The notes under the pieces were generated by a model. The model had not been told where the DNA came from. It made no database searches and saw nothing but the letters and a program-made list of their open reading frames with translations. Below are positions 36,284 through 43,699 of a DNA stretch of 58,195 bases, one piece after another (positions within the stretch are counted from its first letter, which is position 1; every line of letters begins with the position of its first letter). The translations under genes were made by a program, and so were the position numbers. Source of the stretch: a virus. Its lineage: Duplodnaviria; Caudoviricetes. The stretch is from positions 1 through 58,195 of the IMG/VR virus record IMGVR_UViG_3300032116_000229, one strand, 5' to 3'.

Positions 36284-36552
36284 GGCTGCACCTCCCCTCG
36301 CTTGCGGATGGCAGTGGCAAGAGCAAGCGTGACCAACTTCATGCCCCCGCTATCGGTGACATACGGGCTGATTGCATCCTCACACACCTTCGCACACGCC
36401 TCACGCTCATGGGCGGCGACGAGGGCGGCGACGAGGGCGGCAAAGCGTTCAAGTTCGTCTTGAGTTACCGTCCAAAACTCGTTGTGCCATGCGTCCACTT
36501 TGTCTGTGTCGCAAACGCTTCGCATCATGCGGATGATGTCCTCGCGGTTCAC
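36280..36552 (-). CDS. EREACA-family small protein (array)
   Basis: MNREDIIRM...LERFAALV...HEREACAKVCE...AIRKRGEVQP. Confidence 0.8.
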   Translation of the reverse strand: MNREDIIRMMRSVCDTDKVDAWHNEFWTVTQDELERFAALVAALVAAHEREACAKVCEDAISPYVTDSGGMKLVTLALATAIRKRGEVQP

Positions 36553-36767
36553 GGCTTCGCCTCCCGAGTCGGACAAACCTCGTCCTTTTCATAATGTCGA
36601 TTGATTTGTCCTCCGTATGGCTTAAGTTCGCTAAAAATGAAATACATCGAGGCCGGAAGTGGCGGCACAACATACGGGTACTTGCACCACCCGTCGCCTG
36701 ACGGATGGAGGTTACCCTTCCCCGTTTTCTTCCAGTCTGCATGAACGCATCCGATGCACCCCTTCAC
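36549..36767 (-). CDS. small Cys-rich protein (array)
   Basis: CIGCVHADW...GDGWC...CP; ends REAKP*. Confidence 0.7.
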   Translation of the reverse strand: MKGCIGCVHADWKKTGKGNLHPSGDGWCKYPYVVPPLPASMYFIFSELKPYGGQINRHYEKDEVCPTREAKP

Positions 36768-36973
36768 GGCTTCACTTTCCCGCGTGCGCGAATGGCGGCG
36801 GCTACACCAGCCTTATTCCTACCAGCCTCAGTAGCCAACTTTAAACACGCCTCACGCTCCTGCTTCGCACCCCACTCGGCGGCGAGAGTGGCGAAGGCGA
36901 GGAAGCGCCGTCCTCGCGAAGTCTCCTCCGCAATCAAGACCCACTCGGTAACCAGTTCGTTGCTTGGACTCAC
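36764..36973 (-). CDS. EREACA-family small protein (array)
   Basis: QEREACLK...AIRARGKVKP. Confidence 0.7.
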   Translation of the reverse strand: MSPSNELVTEWVLIAEETSRGRRFLAFATLAAEWGAKQEREACLKLATEAGRNKAGVAAAIRARGKVKP

Positions 36974-37227
36974 GGACTCACCTCCCGTACGGTGACTATG
37001 TTTACCGGCGGCACGCTGTTCATCGACTTCCTAACGCGCTCGTCGTGCGGATGCGACGCCTTCCTTCCTTTGGGCGTTTCGCAGAGATAGCCTGGATCGC
37101 TGCCGCAATTTGGACACTTTGCCAGCCTGATGGCATCAGAAAATATCCAGCCAGTTGGTGGACCGCCGACAATGTGTCGTGGAGTTGGGTCGTCTTTGGT
37201 CCAGCCGATATACTCAAACTTGTTCAT
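36970..37227 (-). CDS. Zn-finger protein (array)
   Basis: CPNCGSDPGYLC...HPHDERV; start MNKFEY. Confidence 0.7.
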   Translation of the reverse strand: MNKFEYIGWTKDDPTPRHIVGGPPTGWIFSDAIRLAKCPNCGSDPGYLCETPKGRKASHPHDERVRKSMNSVPPVNIVTVREVSP

Positions 37228-37267
37228 GGCTTTTGCCCCCGTTTGCCAACCGTACTTCCAGCGGCTG

Positions 37268-37771
37268 TTATGCGCGCTTCGATGCAAGGCCGCGAATAGC
37301 CTTGTTGGCGATTTCCTTAGCGTCAGAGGTCGGCACCAGCGCACTGGAGTAGGCCCACTCACGCTCGGAGTTCTTGTTGAGCTGGATGAGCATATCGCGC
37401 TTCATCTCCAGGCTAGTCAGCGCCGTTTCGGCCACCGACAGAATTGAGTTAGCCTCGTTAAGAAAGCCAACCGCCTCGATGTAGACCTTCTGCAAGACCA
37501 GTTCCGAGCGAATCTTGTTCTCGGTGACCTTCTCGCCCGCCGCTGCAAACTTGTCACGCAGCGCCTTGTCCAGCTTTGCCTCGACAAGTTCCAGGGTCGT
37601 CTTGCAGGCATCACGCTGAGAGCGGGCCTTCGCTGCGACAACGCCGAAGTCCGAATACAGCGCGGCCATCCTGATGAGTTCCGAATCCAGGTCGGTCGGA
37701 TTGATGGATGTGGCCTGGGCGAAATTGTGCGCCGTCAGAAACTCATCCAACTTGCTTTCATTTACGGACAT
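37268..37771 (-). CDS. UvsY-like recombination mediator
   Basis: helical; INPTDLDSEL...KVTENKIRSEL...KRDMLIQL; AAGGAG RBS. Confidence 0.6.
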   Translation of the reverse strand: MSVNESKLDEFLTAHNFAQATSINPTDLDSELIRMAALYSDFGVVAAKARSQRDACKTTLELVEAKLDKALRDKFAAAGEKVTENKIRSELVLQKVYIEAVGFLNEANSILSVAETALTSLEMKRDMLIQLNKNSEREWAYSSALVPTSDAKEIANKAIRGLASKRA

Positions 37772-37796
37772 ATGAAACTCCTTAATGGGTGACTTA

Positions 37797-37825
37797 ACTC
37801 TACACACTAGTAAATTGGATTACAG
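37797..37825 (-). promoter_or_regulatory. promoter CTGTAA-17-TAGAGT followed by TAAGTCAC box
   Basis: same architecture as 45924-45952 (CTGTAATCCA...). Confidence 0.5.
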
Positions 37826-37845
37826 CAATTCCGCGAAAGTACCAA

Positions 37846-40800
37846 TCAACTTACCAATTCAGCGACGGTCGCCAAAATCTCGTTCAGCGCCGTCTGCTTG
37901 GATGAATCGAAGGCAATCATCGCGGGGTTGAATCCAATGACGATATTGGCATCCAGTTTGGGGTTGTAGTGAACCCTGCCGGTATGCTCCTGCACACCAC
38001 CCTTTAGCCCCGGCACCAGATAATTCACAGTCGAACTACCAAGCGCCAAGATTACGGGCGGCTTGAGAATCTCAATTTCCTTCATCAAGTAGCCGGCGCA
38101 GCCGTTGATTTGCTCATTGGAGAGCAACTTGCCGGACTTGGGCGATTTGACCAGCGAGGTGAAGTAAGCGTCTGCTGCCTTCAGTTCTGCCGAGTTCAGC
38201 GCCTCCCTCAAGAACCCGGAGGCTTTGCCTGAGAACATCTTGTTCTCAGCCTCCTCCGAGTAGTTCGGGCAGTCGGTGACCACCATGAACTTGGCTTTAG
38301 CACCGAGTCTAGGCATCGGGTGTACGCCACCGCTGAGGCTACAGCCCTTACAGGACTGAACGGGCCTGACAACTTCGGAAATCAGGATGTTCTTGATTGC
38401 CTCTCCGGTGACGATTGCCCGGTCTGCCTTGACCATGTCGATAATCAGACCGGGCATGAGGGCCATCTGGTCTTTGCGACGGTCGGGATGCAGGGGCGGC
38501 AGACTTCCCGGTTCGATGCCATGAAAAGCACCGACCTTGTCCAGCGCGTCGCGATGACGAACATTGACCTTCGTCCTGTTGACGATGCCTTCAAGATGCT
38601 TCCGACTGAGGAACTTACCTGCCTTGTTGCGCGCCTCGAGAATAGACTGGGCCGTGTTTTCGGAGATTCCCTTGACGCGGCTAAATGGCGCAATCAAGAC
38701 TGCATTGGGCAACTTCTCGGAACGCTCCTTCAGTCCGTCGATAATCTCAAACCGCTGAGTGGAGGTGTTGATGCGGGGCGGCATCACCTCGATTTCTCGC
38801 TTCCTGGCGTCACGCACCAGGCCCTCCAGCTTGTCGTCGCCGAGAATCGTCAGGCCCGCCGCGTAGAACTCTGCCGGGTAATTGACCTTGAGCCACATCG
38901 TCCAGTACGAGATTACGGAATACTCGACAGCGTGGCTTCGATTGAAGGCGTACGCGGCGAAATTCATAATCTTGTCGAACAAGCCATTAGCGGGCCTCGA
39001 CTCCATACCCGAGTGACTTTGCGCGCCCGCCACAAACTTGGCGCGCAGGGCCTCCATCTTGTCTTTGTCCTTCTTGCCCATCGCCTTTCGAGCAGCGTCG
39101 GCTTCTGCGGCAGAGAATCCGCACAGGTCGCGGGTAATCTGCATGACCTGCTCCTGGTACACCATGACCCCGCCCGTTGTTTCCAGCGCAGGAATCATGT
39201 TGGGATGCTCGTAGTAGGGCCTCTTCAGGCCCTGACGAATAGCCACATAGTCGTCCAGCAGACCAGAGTCCTTCGGGCCGGGGCGATACAGCGAGGTAGC
39301 GGCGGCCAAGTCCTCGAAAGTCAACTTGCCACCCATGCCCAAGTCCTTGAGCAGCGTCCGCATTCCCGATGATTCAAACTGGAACACGCCGACCGTCTGG
39401 CCCTCTGCGAAAGAGTCCAGGGTCTTGGGGTCATCAAGCGGCAGCGTGGTCATATCAATGGTGATGCGATGCCGCTGCTCGATGTATTTGAGCGCCAACC
39501 CGATGACATCCAGCGTAGACAGACCGAGAACGTCCATCTTCACCAGCCCCAGGTCTTCCACGAACACCTTGTCCCAATTGACCACGGGTTCGCCGCGATG
39601 CGTCTCGACTACGGCACGATTTGAAAGCGGCTCGCCAGCGACGACAACGCCAGCAGCGTGACGGCCAAACGACCGCATGACGCCCTCCAGACGGGTCGCT
39701 GTCTTCCAGATAGCCGGATGCTTGACCCGGAAGTTGTCGATTTGCGGCACTTCGTCAGCAGCACGCTCCAACTCGTAGGGCTTGCCGTGCTCCTTCGGCA
39801 CCAACTTCGTGATTTCCATTTCACGCAGGTCGATGTTGTAGACGCGACCTACATCGCGCAGGGCTGATGCGGATGCCATCGTCGAGAAGTTAGAAATGCC
39901 GGCCACCATGTCCCGACCGTACTTGTCGACTAGGTACTGAATAACCTCTTCGCGGCGGGAGGACTGAAAGTCGAGGTCCGCGTCGGGCAAGTCGAGGCGT
40001 TCCGGGTTGATGAAACGCTCGAAAAGTAGGTTGAAGCGGATGGGGTCGACATCCGTGATTCGCGTCAGGTAGGCGACAAGACTGCCGCCAACAGAGCCTC
40101 GACCGGGGCCTACAAGAATCCCGTTCCACTTGGCCCAGTTCACCACATCTGCGACGACCAGGAAGTACCGCTCAAAGCCCATCTTGCGGATGACGCCAAG
40201 TTCGTACTTGAGGCGCTCCTGATACTTGGGCAACTCCTCTGGGCCTGGCTTGTGTCCGAGAATCTCCTGGCTGAAACGCTCCTTCCAGCCCTTCTTACAC
40301 AGGCGCACAAGCATATCGAACTCGGTCTCGCCAGTAGCAATGCTAGGCAGCGTGACCGGCAATTTTGACCAGGAGAACTCGATGCGCGGCTCGATTTCGT
40401 ACTCGACCGTAGGCTTGATGCCGAGCCGCCCGTAAGTGCCTTCCTTGTGGGAGCGGAGTTGACTGGCATCAACAGGGTGATGGCACCGGGTATGCGGGAT
40501 ATGCCGGAACCGGTCGGTAATCTTGTGATTGGAGATGATTGCGGACGCCACATCGCGCGCTTCCGCTTCCTCCCCGGTCAGGTAGAGGATGGGCCAGGTG
40601 ACGGCGTGGGATTTCGTGTGCTTGATGACCTCGAAATTGTACCTATCCCAAAACGGAGTATTGAGCGGCACGACCTCGCCGCAGGCCAGTTCTCCCGCTG
40701 CCGCCTCAATGGCGGTCCAAATCTTAGCCGCACTAGGATGCGTGAACACGCCGTTGAAGTCGCCAGAGGTGACGATAAGCCCGCCGCGTTCCAATTCCTC

Positions 40801-41184
40801 GAGCAAGTCATCCAGCCCGATGCGCGGCTTGTAGTAGAAGTAGTCCTCACTCAGCCCCTTGGACAGCAGCCTCAGAACCGAGAGCCAACCGTCGTGATTC
40901 CGGATGTAGACATTCGGATAGTATTCGTAGTTGTCCTTCTTGGGTTCACCAAGGCCGGGCTTCCGATAGAGCGGGTCATCCACAACCCGCAGTCGCACGC
41001 CGACGATGGGCTTGATGCCGCCCTCCTTGCACCGCTTGCAGAAGTCAATCATGCCGGACACATTCATCGTGTCCATAAGTCCGATGGCATGAACGCCCTG
41101 CTCCTTTGCGGCGTCAACCAACTCGTCAATCTTGACCACACTCTCGCCGAGCGAGAAGTGCGTCCGGGCATTCAGCCAAATCAT
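37846..41184 (-). CDS. dnaE: DNA polymerase III alpha subunit with C-terminal UDG-like domain
   Basis: PHP N-terminus, GPGRGSVGGS, LPDADLDF, HAAGVV, KMDVLGL, YAFNRSH; start MIWLN at 41184 (ATGA overlap). Confidence 0.95.
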   Translation of the reverse strand: MIWLNARTHFSLGESVVKIDELVDAAKEQGVHAIGLMDTMNVSGMIDFCKRCKEGGIKPIVGVRLRVVDDPLYRKPGLGEPKKDNYEYYPNVYIRNHDGWLSVLRLLSKGLSEDYFYYKPRIGLDDLLEELERGGLIVTSGDFNGVFTHPSAAKIWTAIEAAAGELACGEVVPLNTPFWDRYNFEVIKHTKSHAVTWPILYLTGEEAEARDVASAIISNHKITDRFRHIPHTRCHHPVDASQLRSHKEGTYGRLGIKPTVEYEIEPRIEFSWSKLPVTLPSIATGETEFDMLVRLCKKGWKERFSQEILGHKPGPEELPKYQERLKYELGVIRKMGFERYFLVVADVVNWAKWNGILVGPGRGSVGGSLVAYLTRITDVDPIRFNLLFERFINPERLDLPDADLDFQSSRREEVIQYLVDKYGRDMVAGISNFSTMASASALRDVGRVYNIDLREMEITKLVPKEHGKPYELERAADEVPQIDNFRVKHPAIWKTATRLEGVMRSFGRHAAGVVVAGEPLSNRAVVETHRGEPVVNWDKVFVEDLGLVKMDVLGLSTLDVIGLALKYIEQRHRITIDMTTLPLDDPKTLDSFAEGQTVGVFQFESSGMRTLLKDLGMGGKLTFEDLAAATSLYRPGPKDSGLLDDYVAIRQGLKRPYYEHPNMIPALETTGGVMVYQEQVMQITRDLCGFSAAEADAARKAMGKKDKDKMEALRAKFVAGAQSHSGMESRPANGLFDKIMNFAAYAFNRSHAVEYSVISYWTMWLKVNYPAEFYAAGLTILGDDKLEGLVRDARKREIEVMPPRINTSTQRFEIIDGLKERSEKLPNAVLIAPFSRVKGISENTAQSILEARNKAGKFLSRKHLEGIVNRTKVNVRHRDALDKVGAFHGIEPGSLPPLHPDRRKDQMALMPGLIIDMVKADRAIVTGEAIKNILISEVVRPVQSCKGCSLSGGVHPMPRLGAKAKFMVVTDCPNYSEEAENKMFSGKASGFLREALNSAELKAADAYFTSLVKSPKSGKLLSNEQINGCAGYLMKEIEILKPPVILALGSSTVNYLVPGLKGGVQEHTGRVHYNPKLDANIVIGFNPAMIAFDSSKQTALNEILATVAELVS

Positions 41185-41807
41185 CGGGCAACTCGGATGA
41201 GCATTTTGCCGTCCACAGCAAGGATTCCTGTCGCGACCATGTAAGATGCGATGATGGACAGATGGGACGCTGCCGTTTTGGAGTCCCACCCAAGATTGTC
41301 GGTATACGCCTTGTGCAGTTTGGCGCGGTCGAGGGCGCCGTCAGCCAGGAGCAGGTCGCAGGCAATCTTGAAGAAACTAAGCCTGTCGAAGCCCTCCATC
41401 GGGTTCCTACCCGCCTTCAGACTTTCGACCGCATTGATGTTGAGCCGCTTGAGCGACTCGTCCAGCTGGCGAGCCTTCTTGCTCATTTCCCCTGCGGCAT
41501 ACCGCTTGGGTTCCGAACCACCACGCTTGGGTACTTCTGCCTTGATTTCCACGACTGTCTCCACTACTGCGATATGCACAACGGGAGCGGGTGTAGCAGG
41601 CGCTACGCTAGGGCGCATTGCAGCCCGTTTCAGCGGGCCTCGCGCACCCCCCGCTACCCTACCCGCGAGTAACTTTTCCAACGCTGTGCGACGCTCAGAA
41701 ACAACCGCCGCACAGGCTTCCTCGTGATTACACCCGGAGCAGAACTCCGAGCCTGGCTCGTAACAGACCACAAACCCGAAGCAGCCTGGTCTTTCTAGAT
41801 GTTCCAT
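41181..41807 (-). CDS. hypothetical protein with N-terminal Cys cluster
   Basis: PGCFG...C...CSGC...C; wHTH-like C-terminus. Confidence 0.75.
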   Translation of the reverse strand: MEHLERPGCFGFVVCYEPGSEFCSGCNHEEACAAVVSERRTALEKLLAGRVAGGARGPLKRAAMRPSVAPATPAPVVHIAVVETVVEIKAEVPKRGGSEPKRYAAGEMSKKARQLDESLKRLNINAVESLKAGRNPMEGFDRLSFFKIACDLLLADGALDRAKLHKAYTDNLGWDSKTAASHLSIIASYMVATGILAVDGKMLIRVAR

Positions 41808-42439
41808 GCACCTACCACCCCCTGTACTTTGGCCCTAAGCCTCTTGATTGCCGCCTGATTCTCCGGAATCAACTTGGGCAGGAGTTCGCCAAACAGAAAG
41901 CGAATGTCCATTTCAAGATTGACGGCATTGCGTCGAATTCCACGCCGATTCATTTCGGCAAATTTCCAACGAAGCGCGTTGAGTTCCGCCTCAATTTCCG
42001 GAGGCGGGCTAATCATCCACTCAATCATCTGTTCGCCGAGCGGACCCAGTTCTCTCAAGGAGTTTTCAAGGGAGTCCGTCGCCATCAACTCATCGAGTGG
42101 CGACGGGTCGTACCCAGGAAACACCTCGTGGGCATCCCCGTCCTCTTCCAACATCGAGTCCAGACTGACCGTCCTACCAACCAGCTGGCGGTCCATCTTT
42201 TTCTTGTAGTTGGCAAGGGACGAATTAACGGCGGCGCCAAGATAAGTGATGAATCGGAACCCGAGTTCCGGCTTGAATGTCCTCAGCGCGCGAACATAGG
42301 CTGTAGCCGCCTCCTGGAAAATGTCGTCAAATTCCATTGGGCGTCCAGCCATCCTGGATCTCCGGTGAGATTTCCAGGACAGCTGTGCCACAAACCGCTC
42401 GTAGTCCTCCCATTTTGGAGGCTGCGCTGGCGCTGTCAT
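41795..42439 (-). CDS. sigma70-like factor (region 2 recognisable)
   Basis: EFDDIFQEAATAYVRALRTFKPELGFRFITYL; SLD motif. Confidence 0.7.
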   Translation of the reverse strand: MTAPAQPPKWEDYERFVAQLSWKSHRRSRMAGRPMEFDDIFQEAATAYVRALRTFKPELGFRFITYLGAAVNSSLANYKKKMDRQLVGRTVSLDSMLEEDGDAHEVFPGYDPSPLDELMATDSLENSLRELGPLGEQMIEWMISPPPEIEAELNALRWKFAEMNRRGIRRNAVNLEMDIRFLFGELLPKLIPENQAAIKRLRAKVQGVVGAWNI

Positions 42440-43596
42440 CAGGTGAAAATCCTCTGCACCAACTGACGCGCAACCTCCTGCTCGACGGGCGGCAGGCGAT
42501 TGATGTAAGCAAGCGACAGGCCCACCTTGAAGTCACCCTTGACGATGCCGAGTCGGGCGGCATTGATGAGCGACCGGGGAGTAATCGGCGTGCTGATGGA
42601 ACTCTTGTCGACCTCCTGACGAATCAGGCTGGCAAACTTGATGAAGTGGTCCGCATCCTTGCTGCCGAGACCGCAGCGGCTGATGAGGATGCGCTTCTCG
42701 ATGCTTGCGTCCATGAACTCCACACGCTGCACGACGGCGAAGCGTTCGTAGTTCGCCGCGTTCTGCAACTGCGTACCTTGATAGATGCCCGTCGAGTCGC
42801 CGGTGCCGTTAGTGTTGCCGTTCGCAAGGAACCGGAAGTTCGGGTGCGGATGAACGACACGCCATTCGGGGTCGGCGTCCTTGATAATGAGCGGCTTACC
42901 CTCGAGAACCGACTGATAGACCGACAGGACGTGCGGCACACAGAAGTCGTACTCGTCGGCGACATAGACAAGTCCATATCGCATCGCGATGGGCAGCCAG
43001 GCCGGCTGATAGACCGTCTGCCCGTCACGGAAGACGTGCTGGCCCAGAATGTGCGCTTCCTCTGTGTTGACGGTGTGGTTGACCCGAATCATCGGGCGGC
43101 GCGTATGCGCACACGCCTGCTCGTAGATAGTGGTCTTGCCCGTACCCATGTGGCCCCACAGATAGCAAGGCATATTCATTTCCAGGCACATCAACACCGT
43201 CTTGAGCAGGTCGATGTTGAACACATAGGACTTGTCGACGGCCGGCACCATCGCAGTGCCGTACTCGCCTTCGATATCGTCCAGGACAGCAATGGGAATG
43301 GGCTTGCCGGATGCCGACATAGCGGCGGGCACCGTACCCAGGTCAAAGACCTCATGCAGAAATGTACCGGGCTTGGTCGGGACACCACGAGGGGCAGCCA
43401 CATCAGTCACGCCCGACTTAGTTTCCTGAGCACGCCGCTCGGCAATTTTTGCCCTTGCGGCCTCGCTCAGAATTGGCGAGTCTGGGAACTGGGCCTTGTA
43501 AGCATCCAGACTCACGTCCGGATGCGCCTCCGCCAAGTGCTTCTGAATGGCGTGAACCTGCTCGCCGCAGATTTGACAAGTAATCTTACTGGACAC
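42439..43596 (-). CDS. MoxR/CobS-like AAA+ ATPase with N-terminal Zn finger
   Basis: CQIC...HLAEAH; GHMGTGKT; DEYD; HPNFRFLANGNTNG; GGAGG + GTG start. Confidence 0.88.
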   Translation of the reverse strand: MSSKITCQICGEQVHAIQKHLAEAHPDVSLDAYKAQFPDSPILSEAARAKIAERRAQETKSGVTDVAAPRGVPTKPGTFLHEVFDLGTVPAAMSASGKPIPIAVLDDIEGEYGTAMVPAVDKSYVFNIDLLKTVLMCLEMNMPCYLWGHMGTGKTTIYEQACAHTRRPMIRVNHTVNTEEAHILGQHVFRDGQTVYQPAWLPIAMRYGLVYVADEYDFCVPHVLSVYQSVLEGKPLIIKDADPEWRVVHPHPNFRFLANGNTNGTGDSTGIYQGTQLQNAANYERFAVVQRVEFMDASIEKRILISRCGLGSKDADHFIKFASLIRQEVDKSSISTPITPRSLINAARLGIVKGDFKVGLSLAYINRLPPVEQEVARQLVQRIFT

Positions 43597-43699
43597 AAAC
43601 ACCTCCAAAGTGCGATAACGCGACAATTGCAATATACAAGACAACCCCATTGGTAACAACACTTACCAATGACTTACCGATTGATTACCAAGTGCTCGA

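Larger units (their letters stand above)
32679..37240 (-). repeat. array of ~17 small coupled ORFs with conserved junction repeats
   Basis: GGAGG-N-G(A/C)AGCC-RTGA and GGAGACAAGAC-ATGA junctions; 19-bp identity at 34218/36279; 26-bp identity near 34298/36384. Confidence 0.85.

Noticed and set aside
32679-37240. True integron, shufflon or diversity-generating retroelement
   Set aside because: No tyrosine integrase/invertase, attC palindromes, reverse transcriptase or adenine-specific TR/VR pair visible in the window
38320-43656. Long plus-strand ORFs (350, 265, 282, 439 aa)
   Set aside because: Antisense to dnaE, the sigma-like gene and the AAA gene; no recognisable domains
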